NCBI GenBank assembly: GCA_045604705.1 | Contig: JAZUOO010000022.1 | Span: 3,588 to 67,587 of the forward strand | Length of the DNA stretch: 64,000 nucleotides | Reading direction: 5' to 3' | DNA from: Eubacteriales bacterium | GTDB taxonomy: Bacteria > Bacillota > Clostridia > Oscillospirales > CAG-382 | Shown here: positions 11,101 to 21,881 of the stretch, piece by piece | How positions within the stretch are numbered: position 1 is the stretch's first letter | Layout of the letters: each line of letters starts with the position of its first letter | Translations under genes and position numbers: made by a program | Notes under the pieces: generated by a model | Databases searched by the model: none | What the model saw: the letters and a program-made list of their open reading frames with translations, nothing else | Told to the model about the DNA's origin: nothing

Positions 11101-11793
11101 ATTGAAAGGAACCTCACCGTCAATAAAAAGAACACGTTCGATAGAAGACTTCTTACCAATATCTCTTTCGTCCTCATCTTCGATGTCAGGATCTTCAACA
11201 ATCGGGAAGTAATCAGCAGTAATTGTATAAAGTCCCGATTCTTCAACGGTAAATTTCCAATAAGCTCTACCGCCGTCACCTGTGAGAAGCGAGGGTTCAT
11301 CCCAGCCCTCGACATATCCTGCCGGCTTAACAGAAGGAATTCTGAGGTACTGATCAAGATCGCCTGACTGATCAGCAGCAGCTTTGATTGCATCTATATT
11401 TTCCTCGACGGACTTTGTGTTATCATATGTATCCACGGAAGCCTTGACGGATTCTTCTTTCATGTAAGCATCGACAGCACTGACGGTCCAGGTCTTTGTA
11501 CCCTTCGGATATTCGTTGTCGATGTTCTTCTGCCTGTAATCGGCATAGGTCGTTGATGTCAGAATCTCTGACATATCATCGAGGTTGTGTTGTGTCTTAG
11601 AGTTTCTTTCTCTCATAGCCTTTCGCTCAGCAAGTGTTTTTGTATCACCCGCTGCGTAAAGCTCTGCGTCTGTAGGCTCGTAACTGTCAGCGAAAGCCGT
11701 AAACGTACCCACAAGGCTCTGAGAAAGCAAAGACAGAGCCAACACGGACACGGCAAGCTTATTTCCGAATCCTGCATTCTTTGACGTTTTCAT
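8143..11793 (-). CDS. very large extracellular solute-binding protein (family 1 SBP with N-terminal beta-sandwich domains), 1216 aa
   Basis: Signal peptide; C-terminal SBP motifs (VWITTGRDQ, YGLPETQSFPMMFYRKDI, PETWDDL, APEIKGLWEF); two CBM-like segments W-x-F-x-V-x-x-x-G-L-Y in the N-terminal half. Confidence 0.85.
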   Translation of the reverse strand: MKTSKNAGFGNKLAVSVLALSLLSQSLVGTFTAFADSYEPTDAELYAAGDTKTLAERKAMRERNSKTQHNLDDMSEILTSTTYADYRQKNIDNEYPKGTKTWTVSAVDAYMKEESVKASVDTYDNTKSVEENIDAIKAAADQSGDLDQYLRIPSVKPAGYVEGWDEPSLLTGDGGRAYWKFTVEESGLYTITADYFPIVEDPDIEDEDERDIGKKSSIERVLFIDGEVPFNEARYITFTRNWIDDFSPINVDGTRTGYVQPSQTWKIGKDLESADDSIVFEGEDKKVEKSLKSERENGRYFKYDVYYNEIRPQKVEDPKPMTLTFKDANEFYEEPFEFYLEAGEHVIALDASREPLLIKSFTFAPAKEVVSYKEYGEAHKDAKTAATDDIVKIDAEFMTATSEQVIYPLNDRTSPITDPQHSSEIKLNIIGGEKWQLAGQWVDWEFEVPADGLYYIVPRYMQNVNAGLFSSRKVYIKEGDGEYIEPFKEARSIRFEYSDEWTTKPLGGDVVVGTNNDGSDKTEYQDFKFYFKKGVRYTLRMEVVLGDMGDVILEINESIQRMNEYYRKILMITGTQPDSYLDYNFDDLIPDVLSGMRSEQKILENVSARLEELVGEKGDQSVTLDKIAYLLDIMGHDQDKVASNLSNFKSYIGTLGTWILTARNQPLALDYLLVVPAKEDYYCPEANAGFFRNVGHEFAAFWNSFFTNYNSVGATENLENDDDVLEVWITTGRDQAQIVRQMLPTFSGMAKTYNDPEGYPAVNLKLIAAGTLLPATLAGMGPDVSMDGDPVSYGVRNAVLNLNDRNIHEAKNEDGTPKYFTREDLDEVKKDFAPAAFIPLEIYNPDYVPIGDEYDEYYSKALYGLPETQSFPMMFYRKDIFAELQNELGDQDVKVPETWDDLYNLIRVFSDKNMEIGLNTGLMQYIMYQNDVPYYRGDDVASYGMATNFDSNEALDAFKTMCDFFTQYQQPYTYDFANRFRTGEMPLGIADYSLYNQLTVFAPEIKGLWEFVQLPGSLRQGIDENGNTYSYIDHTAPAGVGSVMIMKKKDSEDEKYRASWNYLKWWTSAEIQGMFGNEQVAIIGTAAKYNTANMNAMLSQSWSADERRSIEQQFESLEGTPMTPGNYIVARNQQFAFLSVYNNGATPADAMQSYISDINKEISRKRDEYDFRIQEETLREYKAEQEERLSELTGSPVELEYLGKLADEEDARNTAK

Positions 11794-11990
11794 TAACTGT
11801 TCCCCCTATATTTGAGTTTGCACAGAGCAGCACTCTGCTTTTTTCTTCCTATTTATTATATATATAGAGAATATCCCCGCGATATTACAAGAAATATATA
11901 CAGGAAGTCATTTCCCGTCCCCATCTTAAAATTTGGGCAAACGGGCACATGAGAAAATTGGTGCAAAATGCCGCAAGTTTTCACACTGAT

Positions 11991-12019
11991 AGAATACCAC
12001 AAATCCTGTTTTTTGTCAA
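11991..12019 (-). promoter_or_regulatory. sigma-A promoter of the ABC operon
   Basis: Minus strand TTGACA-17nt-TATTCT with TG extended -10. Confidence 0.6.
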
Positions 12020-12505
12020 GCCTGCCAATTCTCTGAAGCTAATATTAAAAGGAAAGTAAAAAAACTTACCGAAACCCTGAATTTTTAATGAACAAATGTA
12101 TTGTTTGTTGCCGTCCAAAAAAAGTGCACAAATCTCGCAATAATAATATATTTAAAACTTAATATTTACACATTATTTCGAGTTATTATTGATTTTATTT
12201 CAAACATTTCACTGCCATTTTCAGCCAAGTATTATATTTTCAATTTTTGCCAAAAATTATGAAAAATATATACATTCTTTTTAAATCGACAGACATGAAT
12301 TTTTAACTTTATTTTTTGCCATTTGTTGCCAGCATACATTGTGCACTATTCATATTTTTCGACCATAATTTTCTACATTATGCTCGGTTCGACAGTTTTT
12401 GCGAAATCCCTTTTTACAACCTCATTATTTACATAAATTGGGTAAATTCAACCCCTTCCCCCATTCTATCAGTACCGCACAGACGGAAAGCTACGTGAAG
12501 AGCAT

Positions 12506-12543
12506 AAAAAATCCCGGTCAAGCCACCATGGACCGACCGGGAA
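12506..12543 (-). terminator. rho-independent terminator of groEL
   Basis: Minus strand TCCCGGTCGG...TTGACCGGGA stem followed by T-run. Confidence 0.75.
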
Positions 12544-12558
12544 TAAAGTCGTTATTAA

Positions 12559-14220
<1,662 letters not shown>

Positions 14221-14352
14221 TTAGGATTTAGGGAAGAATAATTTCTGCACCAACCGTGTTCAAATATGAAGCTTTTGCCGGCAGAAATCTCCATTTTTTT
14301 AATGATCCGAAAAACACCAACTAAACCCTCTCGCCCGCAGGCGATACATTAA

Positions 14353-14526
14353 AATGAAAATTTCACATAGTGAAATTAACCTCAATTTTGCATTTTGCAT
14401 TTTGCATTTTGCATTTGCATTTAACGCAATAAATTTTGCATTTTACGCTATGCACAATAAGTTTTGCGTTTAGCATTGCAAGCCACGGCGTGCACAAGAT
14501 GGCACATCTTCGTCGTCACGCCCTAC
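14353..14526. repeat. intergenic repeat modules (hairpin + TTTTGCA heptamers + GTAG REP-like hairpin) between groES and groEL
   Basis: AATTTCAC-ATA-GTGAAATT hairpin, (TTTTGCA)n array, and 14482-14526 nearly identical to 53313-53357. Confidence 0.8.
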
Positions 14527-14537
14527 TTGTTTTTTGC

Positions 14538-14873
<336 letters not shown>

Positions 14874-14900
14874 TTAGCACTCTGCGTTTGTGAGTGCCAA
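14874..14900. promoter_or_regulatory. CIRCE element (HrcA operator)
   Basis: TTAGCACTC-N9-GAGTGCCAA (one mismatch to consensus TTAGCACTC-N9-GAGTGCTAA) upstream of groES. Confidence 0.95.
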
Positions 14901-14913
14901 AACTACAATGAGT

Positions 14914-14942
14914 ATTGTATTACATTAATATTGAAAAATCAA
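14914..14942 (-). promoter_or_regulatory. sigma-A promoter of groESL
   Basis: TTGATT-17nt-TACAAT immediately upstream of CIRCE. Confidence 0.65.
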
Positions 14943-15027
14943 GTGTTTTTTGACTTATTTACATTTTTTTAACATTCGAATTTTGCAGTCACGCACTCCG
15001 TGTGCTAATTCTGCATTATTCGACAGA

Positions 15028-15720
15028 TTACTTTCTGCGAAGTCCGCCAATCTTATCACATATCAGATTGTAATCACCGGAAACCAACACCTTATAAAGT
15101 TCAGCGTCGTCATTCACATCACCAAATGTCACAATACCACCGTGAGCCTCATCGCCCTCCTGGTGAAAATCCGAGCCGGAAATCATTGAAAGACCGTGAA
15201 TATCCGCCCAAAGCCTTGCAATATCGTTTCTTGATTCCTGTCTTGGGTGACCGTTGTTGACCTCAACGCCGTAAAGATACCGTGTAGGTATGACCTGCAT
15301 CCAATCCCTGAACGGATGCGCCTGATAAATAAGAATTCCGTTTTCCCTTGCAAGCGGTGCAAACTGCGCAATATTCATCTCAAAAATGTCCGGATTATTT
15401 CGCAAAAATTCCTCCGTCACACCGTAAAGCAGAAAATCATTACACTTGTCACAGCGGAATCTCAGCTCGCAGCCGAGGAACACTTTCATTCCGTACTTCT
15501 TTGCATATTCCCTGCCCTCTCTTACCGGTGCAAGATAACTGTCAATAAATTCGTCCCAGCTTTTTTCCGCCTTTTCATAGCCGACAGTGTAAATGCCGAG
15601 ATGATTTGAAATAACAATTCCGTCATAACCTTTGGCGTGGTATCTGTCAATTACATCGCAAACCGCCACATGACCGCAGCCGCTTACTTCCTTTGTGTGC
15701 ACATGAAGATCTATGATCAT
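15028..15720 (-). CDS. PHP domain metal-dependent phosphoesterase
   Basis: DLHVHT, ISNH, GCE, AHP, GSDFH motifs. Confidence 0.88.
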   Translation of the reverse strand: MIIDLHVHTKEVSGCGHVAVCDVIDRYHAKGYDGIVISNHLGIYTVGYEKAEKSWDEFIDSYLAPVREGREYAKKYGMKVFLGCELRFRCDKCNDFLLYGVTEEFLRNNPDIFEMNIAQFAPLARENGILIYQAHPFRDWMQVIPTRYLYGVEVNNGHPRQESRNDIARLWADIHGLSMISGSDFHQEGDEAHGGIVTFGDVNDDAELYKVLVSGDYNLICDKIGGLRRK

Positions 15721-16892
15721 TTCGTTTTTTCGCCTCTGTTCCCTTTTGTAAACGGCTTTTTATCTCCGAAATCCTTGAAATACTGGTAAAGATAACACTT
15801 TATCATACCGTTGTACAGCTTTCTCGCCTTATTAGAACGCTTGCCGTACAGCTTCTCGAATTCTTCCTCGCTTGTAAGAAGATACATCTGCCACGGAGGA
15901 ACAAGAGTACTCAACGTCTTACCAAGCTTCTTATAAAGTTCTCTTGCTTCCCTTATTGAACCCAGTCTTTCACCGTAAGGCGGATTGCAAACTATCGTGG
16001 TTCTCTCGCCGTTGTCAGATATTGTCAGAGCATCCTTTTGGAAAATCCTGATATAATTCTCCATCCCTGCCCTTTTGGCGTTTTCCTTTGCAAGCTTAAC
16101 ACAGTCCGGGTCAATATCCGAAGCCCAAGCCTTGAATGTGGTATCAAGTTTTACGGCATTTGCCGCTTCTTCCCTTGCATCCTTCCAAACCTTTTTGGGA
16201 ATCCATCTGAAATGCTCAGAGGAAAATCTTCGTCTTATACCCGGAGCAGTATTTGTCATAATAAGAGCCGCCTCAATGGCGATTGTTCCCGAGCCGCAGA
16301 AAGGATCCCAGGTTACAACATTTTCTCTCGGTCTTGAAAGCTTTACAAGTGCCGCCGCAAGAGTTTCACGTAAGGGGGCTTCCGCCGTTTTCTCACGGTA
16401 TCCCCTTTTGAAAAGAGGCTCACCCGAGGTATCAATCATAACGGTTGCCTTATCATTCAATATGAAGAATTCGATTTTAACCTTGGTTTCGTTTTCCTCG
16501 AACCAATCAATTCCGTAGACGCTTTTAAGACGCTCAACCATAGCTTTCTTTACTATACTCTGACAGTCGGGAATGCTGGCAAGCTGCGATTTTATGGAAT
16601 GTCCCGAATTCGGGAAAGCGTCCTTTTCTCCGATAAACTTCTCCCACGCAATAGCCTTTGTTCCGTCAAACAGCTCCGTGAATGTAGTCGCAGTAAACTC
16701 GCCCGCAACAATAAAAACACGTTCCGCACATCTCAGCCACATATTACAGCGTGCAATTGCCGTTATATCACCCTCAAAGTAAACTCTGCCATCTATTGTT
16801 TCAAGACGCTTGTAACCGAGAGCATCAATTTCCTCGCCCACAAGCCTTTCAAGTCCGAAAAGACAGGTGGCGGCATATTTGAATTTTTCCAT
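15717..16892 (-). CDS. THUMP-domain class I SAM-dependent rRNA methyltransferase (YpsC/RlmL-like)
   Basis: KRGYR, APLRETLAAAL, DPFCGSGT, NPPYG motifs. Confidence 0.9.
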   Translation of the reverse strand: MEKFKYAATCLFGLERLVGEEIDALGYKRLETIDGRVYFEGDITAIARCNMWLRCAERVFIVAGEFTATTFTELFDGTKAIAWEKFIGEKDAFPNSGHSIKSQLASIPDCQSIVKKAMVERLKSVYGIDWFEENETKVKIEFFILNDKATVMIDTSGEPLFKRGYREKTAEAPLRETLAAALVKLSRPRENVVTWDPFCGSGTIAIEAALIMTNTAPGIRRRFSSEHFRWIPKKVWKDAREEAANAVKLDTTFKAWASDIDPDCVKLAKENAKRAGMENYIRIFQKDALTISDNGERTTIVCNPPYGERLGSIREARELYKKLGKTLSTLVPPWQMYLLTSEEEFEKLYGKRSNKARKLYNGMIKCYLYQYFKDFGDKKPFTKGNRGEKTK

Positions 16893-16895
16893 ACT

Positions 16896-17384
16896 TTACT
16901 TCTTGTTGTTATCCTTGTTTTCGTTTTTTTCCTGTGCCTTATCAACGTATACGTTTTTGTACTCAGACTCCTTAACAGTCATCTCTTTCTCAAAGTAACC
17001 GAGAAGCGCACCTGCAAGTGCAATTATTGCAAAAACAATAACATACAGCGTAGTCATAATAAGAATCTGACTTGCAGTCACCCCGGGAACAGACTTCTTT
17101 ATCCACACGAAATAACCTGCATAAACAAGCACCAGCTTTATTACGTGTCTTGCCGCCTGATTTAACTTTGGAATTATATCGGTGAGTGTAATAACCAATC
17201 CCGAATACGCCGAAAGAATAAGGATGCTTCCGAACATTCTCTCAATATCCGACCATGCCCAGCCTATTCCGCCGTAAACATCCGATGTTCTGTAAAACAC
17301 CATTATCGCAAACGCCATACAGGTATAAATAGCAAATGTAATGTTAAGAAGCTTTTTAATCTGATTAAGTACTTTCATTCGCAT
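16896..17384 (-). CDS. hypothetical membrane protein (about 4 TM)
   Basis: Hydrophobic helices, GGAGG RBS, ends 3 nt before the methyltransferase start. Confidence 0.7.
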   Translation of the reverse strand: MRMKVLNQIKKLLNITFAIYTCMAFAIMVFYRTSDVYGGIGWAWSDIERMFGSILILSAYSGLVITLTDIIPKLNQAARHVIKLVLVYAGYFVWIKKSVPGVTASQILIMTTLYVIVFAIIALAGALLGYFEKEMTVKESEYKNVYVDKAQEKNENKDNNKK

Positions 17385-17522
17385 AATCCTCCATTTTAAT
17401 ATTCAAAATATGATACCACTATTTTCCGCATTTTTCAAGAATTAATTTGAAGTAATTATATAAACATTTCCTGAACAACGGTAAATAATGGTCGTGTTCA
17501 GCATAATTTCACAGTAGATAAC

Positions 17523-17551
17523 TTGTATATTCAAGAAATTTGCTGTATAAT
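17523..17551 (+). promoter_or_regulatory. sigma-A promoter of DUF5685 operon
   Basis: TTGTAT-17nt-TATAAT. Confidence 0.55.
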
Positions 17552-17583
17552 AATGTTTTACAAGGAAGAAAGGAGAGAATACC

Positions 17584-18477
17584 ATGTTCGGATATATACG
17601 TCCATATGAAGACGAGCTTCGGGTAAAAAGCCTCAAGCTGTACAGATGCATCTACTGCGGACTATGTAAAAGTGCCGGCAAGCATATCGGTATATTCTCA
17701 AGATTCTTTCTCAGCTACGACTATACCCTGTTTGCAGCTGTCCGCATGATATTTGAAAAGACTCCCTACACTTTCACTCAGAAGCGGTGCGGCTTCCATC
17801 TTTTCGCCAAAAAGAATATCGTCGCCGACAACAGCGTTCTCGCACTTTCCTCGGCAATTTTTTCCATTATGACATATTATAAAATCAAAGATAACATAAA
17901 GGATGAAAAGTTCTTCAAAGCCCTTGGTGCAAGGCTTATTCTCCCGATTGCTTTACACATGAAAAAAAAGGCTCTCAGGTGCGGATATACCGACACGGAA
18001 GCAATAATCTGCGACTGCATGGAAAGAATAGCCTCTCTTGAAAAGGAAAACTGTGCATCACCGCTTGAAATGTCTGAGGCTTTCGGCGATATGATGGGCT
18101 ATCTTTTAAAGCTGGGACTTTCCGAAGAAGACAAAGAAGATGCCTACACAGCAGGCTTTGAAATAGGGAAATTCATATATAACGCCGACGCTTTGGACGA
18201 CCTTGAAAAAGACGAAAAAAACAGCAGCTTCAATCCATATCTCAATGAATACGGGAGTGCCGAGTGTGCTGCCGAAGAAGTCAAAAAGCAGAGAAACACT
18301 CTGCTTCGTGGCACCGACACTGCGGCTGACATAATAAGCGAGAGAATGAAGCATCTTAATAGGCCCTTACGCGAGCTTTGCGAAATAGTTCAGAACATAC
18401 TTTATCTCGGCTGTCCCTCGGTCATTGACACCATACTTTTAAAAGAGGACTGCCGTAACTTTCGCAAAGGGTCGTAA
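17584..18477 (+). CDS. DUF5685 family protein
   Basis: MFGYIRP start, YCGLC, LSYD, DALDDLEKD...FNP motifs recalled for this family. Confidence 0.8.
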   Translation: MFGYIRPYEDELRVKSLKLYRCIYCGLCKSAGKHIGIFSRFFLSYDYTLFAAVRMIFEKTPYTFTQKRCGFHLFAKKNIVADNSVLALSSAIFSIMTYYKIKDNIKDEKFFKALGARLILPIALHMKKKALRCGYTDTEAIICDCMERIASLEKENCASPLEMSEAFGDMMGYLLKLGLSEEDKEDAYTAGFEIGKFIYNADALDDLEKDEKNSSFNPYLNEYGSAECAAEEVKKQRNTLLRGTDTAADIISERMKHLNRPLRELCEIVQNILYLGCPSVIDTILLKEDCRNFRKGS

Positions 18478-18503
18478 AGCGGTAACTGAAAGGAAATAAA
18501 TCA

Positions 18504-19127
18504 ATGAAAAGTCCATACGAAATACTGGGTGTATCACCGGGGGCAAGCGACGAAGAAATCAAAGCGGCATACAGAAAGCTCGCAAAAAAATATCATCCCG
18601 ATGCCAATCCCGGAAGTGAATACGCCGCAGAAAAAATGCGTGAGCTCAACGCCGCATACGACAAAATACAGGAAATGAGAAACGGAAAGTCCTCCTCGGG
18701 ATCTTCCTACGGCTCATACAATCAGTACGGCTCTGCCTCCTACGGTGACAAGGATGCCTACGAAGCCATGAAAAGCAATGCAAGAAATTACATCAATGCG
18801 GGCAACATACTTGCGGCAATAACACTGCTTCAGAACATCCCCGAGGGCTACAGAGATGCAGAATGGCATTATATCATGGGTCATGTTTATTACCGTATGA
18901 ATAATATAGGACGTGCATCAAGGGAATTTTCCATTGCTCACTCGCTTGAGCCTTCAAATGAGGAATACCGAACCGCCTTTGAATCCGCCAATTCCAGAAG
19001 CGAAGGCTATAACGACTATACCGGCGGCGGTCAGTATGAATCAACAAATATCGGCTGCTCCTGCTGTGACCTGTGTACCTGCCTGTGCTGTCTTAACTCA
19101 GTGTTTGACTGTCTTCGCGGCTGTTGA
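18504..19127 (+). CDS. J-domain (DnaJ-like) protein with TPR and Cys-rich C-terminus
   Basis: PYEILGV...[13 protein letters not shown]-domain with HPD; TPR-like AEWHY...A...EPSNEEY; tail [23 protein letters not shown]. Confidence 0.88.
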   Translation: MKSPYEILGVSPGASDEEIKAAYRKLAKKYHPDANPGSEYAAEKMRELNAAYDKIQEMRNGKSSSGSSYGSYNQYGSASYGDKDAYEAMKSNARNYINAGNILAAITLLQNIPEGYRDAEWHYIMGHVYYRMNNIGRASREFSIAHSLEPSNEEYRTAFESANSRSEGYNDYTGGGQYESTNIGCSCCDLCTCLCCLNSVFDCLRGC

Positions 19128-19147
19128 CAGCTTTGGAGGAATTAATA

Positions 19148-19684
19148 TTGAAAAGACTTGAAACCAAAAAAATAGCTCTTGCATCTCTGTTATGCGCTTT
19201 GTCGGTGATAATTTCCATTATGGGCTGTGTTTTTGACATGGCGGATCTTGTGGCAACGTCAGCCTCTTCGGTTATCGTCGCACTTGCAAGAATTGAACTT
19301 CGAGGAAAGTATCCTTATCTTATCTATGCCGTGGTAAGTGTATTGCTGTTCCTGCTTTTTCCGACAGCCACGGTCACGCTGTATTTTATCCTTTTCTTCG
19401 GATACTATCCGATAATACGCGATTTCCTTGCAAAAACACCTAAGTATATATGTCTTATATTGAAGTTCGCTGTTTTTAATACGGCGATAATTTTCATATA
19501 TTTTCTGATGAAAAAGCTTCTCCTTTTTGAGCAAGCAGAAACGGAAAGCTACCTTATTCCGGCACTTTGGTTCGTGGCGAATATTTTCTTCGGAGTATTT
19601 GACTTTTCGCTGAATATCTTCATGTCGGCATACACTCACGTTTTCAGAAAGAAGTGGGGTATAGACAAATTTATGCTCCGTTGA
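19148..19684 (+). CDS. hypothetical membrane protein
   Basis: About 6 hydrophobic helices, FFGYYP motif; GGAGG RBS before TTG at 19148. Confidence 0.72.
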   Translation: MKRLETKKIALASLLCALSVIISIMGCVFDMADLVATSASSVIVALARIELRGKYPYLIYAVVSVLLFLLFPTATVTLYFILFFGYYPIIRDFLAKTPKYICLILKFAVFNTAIIFIYFLMKKLLLFEQAETESYLIPALWFVANIFFGVFDFSLNIFMSAYTHVFRKKWGIDKFMLR

Positions 19685-19796
19685 CCATAATATAATAATA
19701 TTTCGGGATATATTCACACAAATGTCACATTAATCGGTTATACTGATTAGGTTCAGAAAAACAATAACTTTTTATATTCAGAAAGGATCAAAAAAC

Positions 19797-20930
19797 ATGA
19801 AAAAGAACAGAATTTTTGCAATGTCGTTGGCTACACTTTTCTGCGTTTCTTCTTTGACAGCATGCACTTCAAAGGAGAACACAAACGATAATAAATTATC
19901 CGGCTCCGAAAAAGACCATAACCACATAGAAGCTCCCGCAGGCACCCCCAATGCTTCCGGCGATGAAGTGTTTCCCGCTTCCAAGGCAGAAGCAAAGAAG
20001 CTCGCTGACGAGATCACAAAGAGAGCAAGAGACGGCGAGGATTTTTACTCCCTGGTTGAAGAATACGGCGAAGACCCCGGAATGGTAAACAACCCCGAAG
20101 GCTATCTTTTCACATACGGAACAATGGTTAAGGAATTTGAAGAAGCTTCCTTTGCGCTTGAAGTAGGTGAAATAAGCGATCCCGTTGAAACACCCTACGG
20201 TTATCACATCATCAAGAAGCTCCCTCTCGACCTTGACCCCGCAAGTGCCGAATATCTTGACATCGCATACGCTGTCGGCGGCGATAAGCTTACAACCGAG
20301 CTTGCAGCATATGTGGAAGGACTTGAAGTTGAATACACAGACGCTTTCAACGAACTTACCGTAATGAATATGGGAACTTCCAAGGTAGCTGCAGAAAACG
20401 ATACCACAGCAGTTCCCGGCCTTGACACCTATGATTGGAAACACAGCGATAACGAAGTAATGTTCTATGTGGGAACCGCACCCGTTACCTTCGGTGAATA
20501 CCGCTACTATGCAATGGGCAACAAGGTATACATGGATAACAATAACGACTCATACTGGACAGAAGAAACCGAAGCAGAATATAAGAACACTCTCGTTGAA
20601 CAGTTCAAGCAATTTGTAGGCATAAAACTCCTTGCAACATCCGAAGCATACGGACTTGAACTTGAAGACTCCGACTACGAAAAGATAGACGAAACCATCT
20701 CAAGCTACAAAACACAGTTCGGTGAAGATGGCTTTGCGGAAGTCCTCAACGAAATCTTCGTTAATGAAGCCATATTCGAATATATGCTTGAGTATGATTT
20801 GTACACAGAAAAGCTGCTTCTCGCTAATGCATCCGCAGAGGAAATTGAAAAGTACGCCGCAGAAAACTATGTCCGTGTTCAGCACGTTCTTGTTTCCTTC
20901 ACCGAAGAAGAAGTACAGACAGCAAAATAA
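19797..20930 (+). CDS. peptidylprolyl isomerase lipoprotein (PrsA/parvulin family), circularly permuted domain order
   Basis: Lipobox LTAC (Cys23); parvulin motifs EDF..LVEEYGEDPG, MVKEFEEASFALEVGEISDPVETPYGYHIIK; first parvulin strand YVRVQHVLVSF at the extreme C-terminus. Confidence 0.85.
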   Translation: MKKNRIFAMSLATLFCVSSLTACTSKENTNDNKLSGSEKDHNHIEAPAGTPNASGDEVFPASKAEAKKLADEITKRARDGEDFYSLVEEYGEDPGMVNNPEGYLFTYGTMVKEFEEASFALEVGEISDPVETPYGYHIIKKLPLDLDPASAEYLDIAYAVGGDKLTTELAAYVEGLEVEYTDAFNELTVMNMGTSKVAAENDTTAVPGLDTYDWKHSDNEVMFYVGTAPVTFGEYRYYAMGNKVYMDNNNDSYWTEETEAEYKNTLVEQFKQFVGIKLLATSEAYGLELEDSDYEKIDETISSYKTQFGEDGFAEVLNEIFVNEAIFEYMLEYDLYTEKLLLANASAEEIEKYAAENYVRVQHVLVSFTEEEVQTAK

Positions 20931-20944
20931 AACAACAATTCCAC

Positions 20945-20973
20945 ACGGAAGCCTTAACGGGTTTCCGTTTTTT
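20945..20973 (+). terminator. rho-independent terminator
   Basis: ACGGAAGCC-loop-GGTTTCCGT followed by T-run. Confidence 0.75.
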
Positions 20974-21024
20974 ATGCAACAATATGACAACTATAAGATT
21001 TTATCAATTTTAACGAAAATTGTA

Positions 21025-21053
21025 TTGAATTATTCGGCTGTATGTTATATAAT
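21025..21053 (+). promoter_or_regulatory. sigma-A promoter of proBA
   Basis: TTGAAT-17nt-TATAAT. Confidence 0.55.
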
Positions 21054-21103
21054 AAAAAGGCAAACGCTTTCTCAAATACAATAAAAAACGGAGCATGATT
21101 AAT

Positions 21104-21874
21104 ATGAGAATAGTAGTAAAAGTCGGAACATCAACTCTTGCCCACAGCGGCGGCAGAATGAATATAAGACGAATTGAAAAGCTCTGCAAGGTACTCTCGG
21201 ATCTCAAAAACGCCGGAAACGAAGTAGTACTCGTATCATCGGGAGCTATCGGCATGGGGGTAGGCAAGCTGTCCCTCGGAGAAAAGCCCACGGACATTCC
21301 CACAAAGCAGGCGGCGGCAGCTGTCGGTCAGTGCGAGCTTATGTACACCTATGATAAGCTTTTCACCGAATACAATCATACAGTAGCACAGGTACTTCTT
21401 GTCAAGAGCGACATCGACAATGAACACAGAAGAAACAACTTCCATAACACAATGTCAAGACTTCTCGAACTTGGTGCACTCCCCATCATCAACGAAAATG
21501 ACACTGTATCAACGGAAGAGATTGTGATAGGCGACAACGATACCCTCTCCGCAATAGTCGCAGTGGAAACCGGTGCCGATCTCCTCGTGCTGCTCTCCGA
21601 TATAGACGGACTATACACTGCAGATCCTCACAAAAGCAATGACGCAAAGCTCATTGAGGAAGTATACGCAATCACGCCCGAAATACTCGCTCTTGCAGGT
21701 AGCGCAGGTTCAAGCCTCGGAACAGGCGGCATGGAAACAAAGCTGCGTGCGGCACAAATAGTAACAGAAGCAGGTACAGATATGATAATCGCAAACGGTG
21801 AAAACCCTGATATTCTCTATAATATCGCGGACGGTATCCCATTTGGCACAAGATTCTACAAATGCAAAAAGTGA
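21104..21874 (+). CDS. proB: glutamate 5-kinase (no PUA domain)
   Basis: RIVVKVGTSTL, VSSGAI, AAAVGQ, INENDTV, GDNDTLSA, GTGGMETK. Confidence 0.96.
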   Translation: MRIVVKVGTSTLAHSGGRMNIRRIEKLCKVLSDLKNAGNEVVLVSSGAIGMGVGKLSLGEKPTDIPTKQAAAAVGQCELMYTYDKLFTEYNHTVAQVLLVKSDIDNEHRRNNFHNTMSRLLELGALPIINENDTVSTEEIVIGDNDTLSAIVAVETGADLLVLLSDIDGLYTADPHKSNDAKLIEEVYAITPEILALAGSAGSSLGTGGMETKLRAAQIVTEAGTDMIIANGENPDILYNIADGIPFGTRFYKCKK

Positions 21875-21881
21875 GGCACAT

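Noticed and set aside
11794-12505. AT-rich 700 bp intergenic region (also 55060-55430) as possible origin or foreign DNA
   Set aside because: No DnaA-box cluster, att site or integrase seen; consistent with promoter and regulatory DNA
20975-21100. T-box riboswitch upstream of proBA
   Set aside because: Leader is only about 50 nt after the promoter and has no T-box motif or terminator
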